This document shows positions 22,697 through 33,068 of a stretch of 64,000 nt of DNA, piece by piece. Origin of the DNA: Histomonas meleagridis 2922-C6/04-290x (lineage: Eukaryota > Protista > Parabasalia); assembly GCA_020184695.1 (NCBI GenBank), contig JAANOX010000230.1:1-64000 (forward strand), in the 5' to 3' direction. The position numbers and the translations under genes were made by a program. The notes beneath the pieces were generated by a model. That model was not told the DNA's origin and searched no databases. It worked only from the letters and a program-made list of their open reading frames with translations. Each line of letters begins with the position of its first letter. The first letter of the stretch is position 1.

Positions 22697-24295
22697 TTAA
22701 TATATCTGACAGCTCTTATATTTTCCTCTTTTTTTCGCGAGTGATTTCCTTAAATTCTTTTTCGGCTTATTTCTATATTCCTCCAAAAAGTTTTTACTTT
22801 TTAGTTCTGCTTCTGATGCGTATTCATTATTCACAATCACTCTACTAAACGAAATTACACTTTTTGATCTTCTCAACAATTCCTTTGGTTGGAACTCTTC
22901 TTTAATTTCGGCTTTAATTTTATTTTTCATTTGTTGTTCGAAAGCACCGACAACTAATGAATCGATTAAAACGAAATCGATTCCATTTGAAGGAATTTTA
23001 TAATTTTTTTGTATTTGTTTTCCTTTTTTAAATGGCTCCAAAACAAATGATTGGAAATAATACCAACCATCGAATGAAGGAACGCCATCAGATATTAACA
23101 ATGCAACAGATATCAATGAAGAAGTAACTAAAAGAGGACAATTCTCTTTTCGTTTATTCCAACATTGATATATAATATGTTGCATACATTTAGAAAACAA
23201 TTGTTTATCACTCAAAGAAGTACTCATTCTTTCAACAAGTTTTATTGCAGAACTTAAAACAAAGTTATTCTCTGATGTCGAAAAAAGTCGGAACAAAAAA
23301 ATGATTAAAAATTGATAATAATCAAATGAAAAATGTATGTTAATATAATCAATGGACTTTTGGAGTATGATTGGCTCCGAATGATTCGATTTTAGATGTG
23401 AAAGTGCAATCGCGATTGCATTCTTTTGTGGCGGCAATGTGCTGGCTAGGTCCAAGAGAAGCGACGTCTCTTCTGTATCTGTACTTTGCGTAAACAATTG
23501 TGGAAGTAACTCAATGATAATTTCTGTAAATTCTTTTTCATTAGGAAAACATCGAATAAATATGGTAAAAAGTTTATATATCTTTACGCGATGTGATGTG
23601 CTGATTTTGATGTATTTGCAGTTGTTAATGGACATGTTTTTGACATCCCATTTTGTGGAAGGTGAATGTTGAATTTTATAATTGGGTATAAGTGGAAGAA
23701 GATAACCCCAAAGAAATGAATGGTGCTTCTCGTCATTGGATTGCGAAAGTGTAAGAACACAATTACTAACTGATTCGATATCGAGATTTTGTAATGAAGA
23801 ACTCCAGAAGGTTGGTGATGAATATAAAATGTCAAAAAGATCTTGTGGATATTTACGCATGGCTTCAGAAATGATTTTAGTGATGAGACCTGTCTTATAA
23901 TAATCAATATTATTTCGGTTGTATAAAATTTGTGAAAAGCTCTCAATGATATCAGGAGACTTGACAAAGTAACGGAGCATGGTTTGGTTAGTTGACAGAA
24001 ATAGTGAGCAAATTAAATATATCATTTCTCTATCACTTTGGAGAATTAAAAAAGACATTAAATCATTAACAGTATTAATCTGCGTAAGCCTTTCATTCAG
24101 GAGTTTATCGTTTTTCTTGTATAAACTCTGAAAAGAAGTACATTTACAGATATCAATAATTGATGTTTTGGAATCTTGTATCATTTCATAAATAGGGTCA
24201 TTTAGTTGATCATCACCTGATTTAAATATATCTGTAGATTGAAAAAAATTCCCTCCAGAGTAAGGAGTAAAACCCTCCGACATTTGAAGGTTCAC
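22697..24295 (-). CDS. SIT4/PP6 phosphatase-associated (SAPS-domain)-like protein
   Basis: N-terminal SIIDICKCTSFQSLYKKNDKLLNERL...DLMSF resembles the SAPS N-terminus; helical repeat-like body. Confidence 0.5.
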   Translation of the reverse strand: MNLQMSEGFTPYSGGNFFQSTDIFKSGDDQLNDPIYEMIQDSKTSIIDICKCTSFQSLYKKNDKLLNERLTQINTVNDLMSFLILQSDREMIYLICSLFLSTNQTMLRYFVKSPDIIESFSQILYNRNNIDYYKTGLITKIISEAMRKYPQDLFDILYSSPTFWSSSLQNLDIESVSNCVLTLSQSNDEKHHSFLWGYLLPLIPNYKIQHSPSTKWDVKNMSINNCKYIKISTSHRVKIYKLFTIFIRCFPNEKEFTEIIIELLPQLFTQSTDTEETSLLLDLASTLPPQKNAIAIALSHLKSNHSEPIILQKSIDYINIHFSFDYYQFLIIFLFRLFSTSENNFVLSSAIKLVERMSTSLSDKQLFSKCMQHIIYQCWNKRKENCPLLVTSSLISVALLISDGVPSFDGWYYFQSFVLEPFKKGKQIQKNYKIPSNGIDFVLIDSLVVGAFEQQMKNKIKAEIKEEFQPKELLRRSKSVISFSRVIVNNEYASEAELKSKNFLEEYRNKPKKNLRKSLAKKRGKYKSCQIY

Positions 24296-24780
24296 ACAAA
24301 AAGTTATGCGATGATCGTATTCTTATGAAAAAGTGTCATACGGAGACGAGATCACCGATAAATATTTTCAATAGAAGGCAATTTTCTGATACTTTGCTAT
24401 GATTTTGGAAGCACCCGTGTTTAAAATTAAGAATCATAATAAATTTTAAAGTAACACAATGAACATATGAAATCAATCAATTTAATTAAAATTCAAGTAA
24501 CATATTATAGAAATAATTCAGCAAAAAATATTTTTGTTTTGAAAACCATAAAGTTCCTATTAGTCTTACTTTAAAGTAATTAATTCGTTTTTTTGAAGAA
24601 TAAAAAATTAAAATATTACAAGTTTTATACATGTCAAATGGAAAAAATGAAGTACACTAATACAATCTTATTAGCAAATTTTAGCATTTGTCACAATTAA
24701 AATAAAAAATATAATAAAGTAAAAGTTAAGGCATGATCTGTTTTGAATTTTAGCCAGATGGTAAAAAATTTTTATATCGT

Positions 24781-26798
24781 TTATAAATTAATGCAAGTTC
24801 GATATGTAAATTTAAGAAGTGATTTTACTATTTTTTTGTGACCAATAATACAAGCATATACAATTGCAGTTTTAAATAATTTAAAAAGTTTCCAAATATA
24901 ATTTTGCAATTTCATATTGGCATATCTAATATCAAGCAAAATGAAAAAATATCTTTAACGTTAACATCGATTTCTTCTTGTCTAAGAAGTATTTTGACTA
25001 TTTCTTTGTAACCATCTCTCGATGCATAAAAAAGTGCTGTCCAATATATTTTGAATAATTTCCAAATATTATTATGAAATCCTAAATAAAACACATGAAT
25101 ATTATTTTTAGCATTAATATCAATTCCTTCTTTTTCAATTAGTAATTTTGCTATTTCTAAATTACCATCTTCAATAGCTAGCATAAGTGCTGTTTGAAAT
25201 AATTTGAAGAATTTCCAAATATTCTCTTTAAACATTATATTATTAAAACTAACATAAAATAATATAAATAAATAATTTTAGTATTGACATCAATTTCTTT
25301 TTGCTCAAGAAGTAACTTAACTATTTCTATGTGTTTATTTTTACATGCATAAATAAGTGCTGTATTAAAAAACTAAAATAATTTCCAAATTGTGATAAAA
25401 AGTATCAAAAAATCAAAACAGTAATAAAGAAAAGCCAACAAATATTTTTAGCGTTAACATCAATTCCTTTTTGTTCAAGAAGTAATTTAAAGATTTCTGC
25501 ATGACCGTTATAAGATGCTAATGTAAGTGCTGTATCAAATATTTTAAACAATTTCCAAATATTATTTCCAAAAATTAAATTGTATTATGAAATTTCATAA
25601 TAAAAAAGTAAATATTTTTAGCATTAATATCAATTCCTTTATGTCTAAGAAGTAATTTGACTATTTTTATGTAACCTTTTTCAGAAGCCAACATAAGAGG
25701 TGTAATAAAAAAATTTAATAATTTTTAAATGTTATTATAAAATTCTACATATTTTTAAAGAAATATCAAAAAAATCCAACAAATATCTTTCGTATTAATA
25801 TCAATTCCTTCTAGTTTAAGAAGTAAATGTGTTATTTCTGGTTTACCTGATTCTAAAGATAATATAAGTGCTGATTTATGTATATTGAATAATTTCCAAA
25901 TATTATATTAGAACATAAAATTTTAGAAATAAATTACAAACAAAATTTATATAAATTTTTTGTATTAATATCAATACCATTTTGCTCAAGAAGGAATTTA
26001 ACTATTTCTTTATTACCATATTGCGATAAAAGCATAAGTACAGTTTCAAAATATTGTATTAAATCCCAAATATTATCAATAAAAATTAAATTAATGGAAC
26101 AAAAATCAAATCAAAATTATATATATTTTTAGCATTAATATCAATTCCTTCTTGTTCAACAAGTAATTTGATTGTTTCTATATGAGCATTTCGAGATGCC
26201 TTCATAAGTGCTGTTTCATATATTTTAAATAGACTTCATATTTTTTAATGTAATATTAAATTTTTGAAAAAAACAAATTATGAAATAAATAAATGTCTTT
26301 TGCATTAATGTCATTTCCTTTATCAATAAACATTTTGACTATTTCTGTATAACCATTTTGAGCAGCCTTCATAATTAATGTCCAAAACATATTGATCAAT
26401 TTCCAAATATTATTTTAAATCATAAAACCAATAAAAATTACCATAATTTAAATAAAAAATCATTAATATTCGATTTAATTTCAATACCATTTTGTTCAAG
26501 AAGTAATTTAACTATTTCTGTATAACCATTTTCAGATGCTAACATAAGTGCTGTTTCAAATAATTTAAATAATTTCCAAATATTACTTTAAAATAAGAAA
26601 TTATTCAAAAAAATTCTATATATAACTAATAAATATTTTTGGCATTAATATCAATACCATTTTGTTCTAGCAGTAATTTAACTATTTCTGTATAACCATT
26701 TTCAGATGCTAACATAAGTGCTGTATAAAATATTAAAAATAATTATCAAATATTATTTTGAATTCCTAAATATTTTTAAAAATTATGAAGTATAATTA
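24781..26798 (-). repeat. Array of 12 open ankyrin modules (33-34 aa) separated by non-coding spacers (mostly 68 nt); period 170 nt
   Basis: Thr/Ser codons of the TAL motifs at 26722, 26552, 26379, 26212, 26042, 25872, 25701, 25531, 25361, 25191, 25038 and 24868. No stop inside any module. The last module reads FKTAIVYACIIGHKKIVKSLLKFTYRTCINL* (stop at 24781-24783). Confidence 0.9.
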
Positions 26799-27914
26799 AT
26801 AAATATCTTTAGCATTGATGTTAATACCTTTTTGATCCAAAATATATTTAACAAGTTCGAAATTTCCTTGATCAATAGAAAATATTAAAATGTCTTTTGG
26901 AATTTGATTTTTTTCAAGGAAATACTCAATAAGAAATATGTTTTCATTTAGCACAGCTTCAAAAATAATATTATCATTAATTATTCCTTCTTTTTGGAAA
27001 AATATCAGAAGATCATAGTTATGATATAAAATACATTTTTTCTCTAACTCATACAAATCAGAAATTTTACTTATTTTATTTTCATATATATATTTAAAGA
27101 TATCATTTTGATGAAATTCAATTGCTGTTTCATATGCACCTTGGAATGATGCATGATTTTGTTCACATAAATGAACTATTTCTGTATTTCCACCTGCAAC
27201 TGCATATTTACCTGTGTTATTTACATTTGCTCCATTCATAAGTAAATATTTAAAACATTGAATTGATCCAAAGAATGCAGCATAATCAATTAATGTAACA
27301 TTTAATTTATTAATAAAAGAACATTTTTCATAAAGTGATGGCTCAATTCTTTGATTAAAATCAAAATTTGGTTGTGATGATATTTCTTGAAGTTTTTCTA
27401 TTTCATCATTTCGAATTATTTTTGCAATTTCACTTGGATTAACTCCTTCTATAATTAATTGTTTATGGTGTTCAAAATCATTCTTTATTAATTCTTCACA
27501 ATTTTTCATGAAAGCTTGGGAAGACATAGTATAATTAACTTTATTTTCAATTATTATTTTAATGTATTTAGAATATTTTGAAAAAATTAAATTTTGTTCT
27601 ATCATTTTCTGAGTTAAATAATATGCCTCTTGTTGATCAAAACAAGAAATGCATCTTAAAAAAATCTCAATGATTTCAAAATTATTTTTGTATATTTCTT
27701 CTTCTTTTGTTTTAATCGATTCTAAATATTTTATATATATATCACCTGCATTCTTTTTTGAATATAATGCAAAGTAAGTTAAATTACTTATAATCATATT
27801 AAATGAATAAGGGTAATGTTGATCAAAAAGCTTCATTGATTTTTCAATTGCCAAATCAAAATTTTCTTCAGACAAATTAAAAATGGTTTCTTTAAGTGTT
27901 GTCAGTAAGTCCAT
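26796..27914 (-). CDS. DUF3447-ankyrin family protein, first segment (probably continues through the module array to 24781)
   Basis: Core SEIAKIIRNDEIEKLQEISSQPNFDFN...LIDYAAFFGSIQCFKYLLMNGA. Ends ...ININAKDIY*, with the TAA being the first codon of a 68-nt spacer. Confidence 0.85.
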   Translation of the reverse strand: MDLLTTLKETIFNLSEENFDLAIEKSMKLFDQHYPYSFNMIISNLTYFALYSKKNAGDIYIKYLESIKTKEEEIYKNNFEIIEIFLRCISCFDQQEAYYLTQKMIEQNLIFSKYSKYIKIIIENKVNYTMSSQAFMKNCEELIKNDFEHHKQLIIEGVNPSEIAKIIRNDEIEKLQEISSQPNFDFNQRIEPSLYEKCSFINKLNVTLIDYAAFFGSIQCFKYLLMNGANVNNTGKYAVAGGNTEIVHLCEQNHASFQGAYETAIEFHQNDIFKYIYENKISKISDLYELEKKCILYHNYDLLIFFQKEGIINDNIIFEAVLNENIFLIEYFLEKNQIPKDILIFSIDQGNFELVKYILDQKGININAKDIY

Positions 27915-28216
27915 TTGGATAAAAGCACTTTTAACCGCAACATATTGGATTTATTTTGTATAATGTATTATTATAAATAATATTAATGAGAAAAATACGA
28001 ATTAAAAAATCGAATCAATTCACAATATTATGGATATTTAAAATTTATATTTTTTAAGTTAATTCTTAAAATAATGAAATTGGTGATTAACTTATTCAAA
28101 GACGAAACCATTGTTAACATGTAAATGCCACAATAAAAAGGAATTTCATTCAAAAAAAGATATATTATATATTGATCCAAAATTTACTTATGTTATTTTA
28201 ATGATATACATTATAA

Positions 28217-28792
28217 TCATTTAGAACCATCTGTTTTTTTGCATCTCTTTTCCTTAAAAGAGATATTAAGGAGTGAGTGAAGGTTATTTTTAAGTTCATC
28301 CATGTTTTGGACATTGTTAAACCATAATTCAACCCTGTAATCATTTTTCTTTTTTGATGAGTAAACACCATTGAAGCATTCAGTTCCTACCTTAGCATCT
28401 ATTTGACCAGATATTGCCATTTTTAAACAAAATTCAAAACTATTTGAATCTTTTGAAAATGAAATTAATCTTATTTCATTATGTTTATCATTTTCGATTG
28501 GTTCAATCCCATCTTTAAATAAGGAAATACCGCCATCATTCATTTCAGTAAGAGGGCATTGCGTAATAAAATTGTTATTTGTCGGAATAAGAAAATAAAT
28601 TTTCCAAAAATCTTCGATCGTTTGAAAACTAGCTCCTAAGGGACCATATGAAAATTTGTTTCCAGCATAAGATGTATACCAAAATCGCCATGCAGAAAGA
28701 GTTTTACTGGGAGCAGTTCCTTCCATTACTTCAAGGCAAACGGAAAAATTAACGGTCGAATATTTTTTTTTCGTAAGAATCAAAGAATTCAT
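28217..28792 (-). CDS. eIF4E-family protein, divergent
   Basis: WRFWY...FQTIEDFWKIY...SLFKDGIEP...NGV...RVELW are eIF4E hallmarks. Confidence 0.8.
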   Translation of the reverse strand: MNSLILTKKKYSTVNFSVCLEVMEGTAPSKTLSAWRFWYTSYAGNKFSYGPLGASFQTIEDFWKIYFLIPTNNNFITQCPLTEMNDGGISLFKDGIEPIENDKHNEIRLISFSKDSNSFEFCLKMAISGQIDAKVGTECFNGVYSSKKKNDYRVELWFNNVQNMDELKNNLHSLLNISFKEKRCKKTDGSK

Positions 28793-28935
28793 TTTTAATT
28801 TGTATGAATTGGAAACAAAATGGAAACTTAAAGGTACCTATGAAAGAAAAGTAAAAAGGTTATTGGTTTTGAGAGAAGATATTTATTTATTGCCTCGCGA
28901 GAGAAAAATATATTCAACAGAAAAAGCATAAAAAT

Positions 28936-29352
28936 TCATGGGTCTTTAATAAACTTCTTGAGTTGAGCCATTGGAACATAAAGTAAGATTGAACGAATTA
29001 TCCATGTTTGTTGCTGCAAAGAAAATTGCCATTCACCTGCTTCGTTTGAGATAGTCAAGGTATTTTGACTTGAAGGTGCTTCACTAGCAGCTTTCATTAA
29101 TTCTGATGCTTCAAATTGTGATTCAACAACCCTATAACGAACTGTGTTCAAACCAACATTATTTTCTAGGAGGAAAGTAACGTGTAAAGTATCGGAACCT
29201 CCAAGAGGTAATGGCGGAATATCATTTGTAAATATTCCTACCATGTTTGGCGCGTCTGGTACATTCTTTTTAATTTTTACGTCAAAGAAAGCATGGGCTC
29301 CCATATCATTTAGTGAAAGAACTCCATGCCAAAAAAAGTTTTTTTCTATCAT
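28936..29352 (-). CDS. Hypothetical protein
   Basis: 138-aa ATG ORF with protein-like composition. Family not recognised. Confidence 0.6.
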   Translation of the reverse strand: MIEKNFFWHGVLSLNDMGAHAFFDVKIKKNVPDAPNMVGIFTNDIPPLPLGGSDTLHVTFLLENNVGLNTVRYRVVESQFEASELMKAASEAPSSQNTLTISNEAGEWQFSLQQQTWIIRSILLYVPMAQLKKFIKDP

Positions 29353-29729
29353 GCCTTTTAATCTAAAATGGGGTGCCTTATTTTTGTTGATAAGATTAAT
29401 TTTTGATGAAAAAAGATGATCGATCTTTTAAGCTTAAATATTAAAGGAAGGCATTAAAAAGAAGAGAAGATAAAAAAATTTGTCTTGCTCAACAATTAAT
29501 TTAAAGATTTAATTGATTTCAATCAGATTTTTGAAACAATAAAATTGACAAATACAAATGCTCTTATTTAAAAAAGAAATAACTAACGAATTTATCGATT
29601 CTAATTACATGGAATGGCTTTGAGAACCATTTTCATGTTCCAATAAAGCATTAAATAATTTGCATCACTTTTTCACATGATTTTGATCGTTGAACTCTCA
29701 AATAAATTTTAAAAATGACAAAAAGAAAT

Positions 29730-30452
29730 TTAGACTACTGAATCTGAAATCACTCTTTCGAGTTGTGCCCATTTTTCACGTGGAATTTCAGGAATGTCAA
29801 ATGGAAGAAGGAATAATGCAGATGTATCCATTCCAGGGAAACCACCAGTTGAATTAGCTTGTGCTTGAGATAAGCTGTAACCGATAAGAGACTCGATATC
29901 ACCCTGCATTGGTTGATTTTGGTTAACAAATTCCATTAAAATGTTTGTTATTTCGCGTTCTTCAACGCAATCATCGTATAAACCTAATCTAACGCACTCA
30001 TCAATTTTGCTTGGATCAGCCATTGTCTGTACACCATTTTTACCGTACATTGGCACTAAAAACTTTGCTCGGAATTTGACGAATGAATCCATTTTTGATG
30101 CGTCGGGTATTGTGCATAAAATGCGGATGTCTTGGATATCGTCTGGATCCAGAGGTTTTTTAGCAGCAGCTTGTGATGAAAAATGAGCTGCGTTATCTTT
30201 AAGTTTCCTTACTGCCCCAAGAATTCTTTCGTATGCGTTGTACATACGCTTTGACTTTGCAGCTTGATGAGCATGGTGAAAGAGGCTATCTCTATCACCC
30301 CTGCGACAATCGTTTTGGAATAATTTGAATGTCATGTCAATTTCTCTCTGGGCTTTTTGGAAGCATTGCCTAGCTTGTGCTTCCATGACACGAAGGTCTA
30401 TCATCATTTTAGTTGGATCTACACCTTTTGGTTTCCCAAAGCCAAACTTCAT
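29730..30452 (-). CDS. IST1-like (regulator of Vps4, ESCRT-III-related) protein
   Basis: Helical pattern and the LVPMYGK...VRLGL...ILMEF region align by eye with the IST1 N-terminal domain. An M3-like AACCGTT motif lies upstream at ~30504. Confidence 0.55.
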   Translation of the reverse strand: MKFGFGKPKGVDPTKMMIDLRVMEAQARQCFQKAQREIDMTFKLFQNDCRRGDRDSLFHHAHQAAKSKRMYNAYERILGAVRKLKDNAAHFSSQAAAKKPLDPDDIQDIRILCTIPDASKMDSFVKFRAKFLVPMYGKNGVQTMADPSKIDECVRLGLYDDCVEEREITNILMEFVNQNQPMQGDIESLIGYSLSQAQANSTGGFPGMDTSALFLLPFDIPEIPREKWAQLERVISDSVV

Positions 30453-32122
30453 TTTCTAATGTCACTTTTCCTCATTTTGAGCAGAGAAAAAAATCCGGTG
30501 GTTTAACGGTTAAAACTCTAAGTTTTTCAATTAATTGAACCAATTTATTTTAACTAAATATGATCGTTCTGTTACTTTACATAGATGATAAACAGTTAAA
30601 AAAGGCCTAAAAGCTTTAAATTCAGTGAATGGATACTTACAACAAGAATTACTTCGAAAAGTAAATAGAAGAAACAGTGTTAAAGAAAAGTTCATCGTCA
30701 TTTGAAATTATCTAATTTCTGAGAGATCTCTATTTCATTCACTGCTCTTTTTTCTTCATTACCAATGTATTTATTGCACTTTATTTATAACTCTTTCACT
30801 CAGATTTTCAATTTTTTCTCTTTATTCATTGACAAGAAGAGTGAGACTGTTTTCTGCACGTTTTTTAAAACTTCAACGTGAAAATAAAATAAAATTCTCA
30901 ATTTGTGTTCTATGTTTCCTAAATTTTGATTAATAAATCGGAAAGCTTTAATGCAAAGACATGTGAATGTAAAAAAATTTAGAAGGAATAGAAATAAGAT
31001 TTCCTTCGTTGTGGTTTTTATAATAATATTTTTTTTTTATAAAATCTATTTGAAATTTCATAGAATTATAATTAAATTAATTGAGATTTTTATCTTTCAT
31101 CCATAATAGTAACATCAATGATTATTTATTTAATATTGTAAATTAAAATAAATTTTTGGCCAAAAGAAATATTAATAATAGTTATGAAAGAACAATTTTA
31201 TACATAAATTAATATATTTACTTACATTATTTATTAATAAATTACTTTATTATTGAAGGAAAGTAATATTTTTAATTGGGATAAAGGAGTAATTTCATTC
31301 AAAAGAAAACAATTGAAGTGCAATCATTAAATAGAAAATATTTATCGTTTGAAAAATGAAGAGAATTTAACAATATCATTGTATAAGAACAATAACTCTT
31401 CAATTAGTATCTATATTTTTGTTGGATTTTTAATAATGAATTAAATTTATTTCATATAAAAATTATTTCAAATCGGAAGTCAATTGCTTTTGATTTCATC
31501 ATTAATTTGATTAATTCGGAATGTCTTCAAAGAGCCGATAAAGTGTTTATGTATTAGAATATCCAAAAGAGTTCCAAAACATAATTATATGTTGAAAGTA
31601 AAGTATTTCTAAAAACTTAAAAATTGAATAGAGTTCCCATCAAAAATTTTCGTGATAAAATACTTTTTCTATATAATACTTGGTCCGAATATTGAAAAAT
31701 TACCCGAAGATTTGAATTGCATTATGGGCAAAAAACAAACAAAGATATTTTCATATGCCCAAGTTTAATCAGAATTATAATCATACATTATTATTAACAT
31801 TTATAATTATCTTCCGCATTCCATGTAACATATGATTTTAATCTCTTTGAGAAACAAAAAAATTGTTTGAAAAATTCATAAGTGCTTTCAAAAAGCGGAT
31901 CACTTCATTTTTTAGGAATACAACACGTTACTTTCCGGACTTTTTCTTTCAATTCCTACCAGCTCAATTGAAATAATTCTGAGCAAGACGGTGGTTAAAA
32001 TTATTGGCTTTGAAAATTTGTGGTTTCATATAGAAATCTAAAACAACGCTCCAACAAACCAAAAGCGGTTCACCGCGCAAACGAAAAGAAGAAGATGAAT
32101 ACATATAAAATAAAAACAAGCT

Positions 32123-32695
32123 TTATTCTCCGTGTAAAACACTTTCACATTCGTTCCTTGTGTTTGTGTTTTCATGATTTCCATTACTCTGCAAATTCGA
32201 TTCAGTTCCAATCAATATTTTTTCATAATCATTATTTTGCCATATTATTGGAAGCGGCTCAGATGAAATATCATTTGATGTTGTTAGATCACTTTTTTCC
32301 TTCGCAAATAATTTGGGAGAATCTGAATCAGAATATGATTTTGATCCAGATTTCCTTATTTCTTTTCTAGAAACTTTAATGTTCGTTTTCATATCTAGAA
32401 CGCGTGCCATTTCTCTTACAATAGATTGATCTTTTTTCGAAAATATTTCATTGAATCTATTAAATCGATTAACAATTTTACATTCAATCACATCGCCTTT
32501 TCCAATGCCTTGGCTTTTCAATGTTTCGGCTGGATTAAGGATACATCCCTTATAAAATAGATATATTTTCTCATGCTTAAAACATGCAAACTGTAATAGA
32601 CTTGCAAGCTCCTCAGCCGTAGATGAAGAATGGGTCACCACTGTAAGAATTAAATCTGGAAGCCATTGAATTTTGACCTTTAGTTCATCGCTCAT
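32123..32695 (-). CDS. Ubiquitin-like domain protein
   Basis: KVKIQWL...IYLFYKGCILNPAETLKSQGIGKGDVIECKIV is a UBL fold pattern. Confidence 0.6.
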   Translation of the reverse strand: MSDELKVKIQWLPDLILTVVTHSSSTAEELASLLQFACFKHEKIYLFYKGCILNPAETLKSQGIGKGDVIECKIVNRFNRFNEIFSKKDQSIVREMARVLDMKTNIKVSRKEIRKSGSKSYSDSDSPKLFAKEKSDLTTSNDISSEPLPIIWQNNDYEKILIGTESNLQSNGNHENTNTRNECESVLHGE

Positions 32696-33068
32696 AAGGT
32701 TTTCTGGGAAAAAATTCTGGGCAAATGTGCACTTTTTGAATATATCCCCGCTGAAAATATTTGGCCGATCAAAACCGAATTCAAAATATTAGCGTTTGTG
32801 CGACTATTCATAGTTTTAATTGCTTCACCAACGAAAAGCATAAAAACATGTTCTAATTAAATAGGTAATTGTTGACATATTTTTTTCCCCTTATCATGTG
32901 TTTTTCTTCGTTAAAATAACATTTTTCAATTCAATCAAGTAAACTAAAAATTAATGAAATCATATCAAATAACTAATTTCCTAAACAGAAAATATATTGG
33001 AACCAATGCGTAAGCAAAAAAGAGTCAAAAAAACAAAATAATTTTACCTCTAAACTTTTACATTATAA

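Noticed and set aside
26552-26640. Matched-codon ribosomal hopping as the explanation for the spacers
   Set aside because: Take-off and landing codons 68 nt apart do not match consistently (e.g. ATT/AAA, TAT/TTA). It remains possible only as unmatched bypassing, so it is not favoured.
30540-32000. Possible decayed LRR/BspA-like gene in the long AT-rich intergenic region
   Set aside because: Only scattered short resemblances were found, with no frame long enough to support a call.
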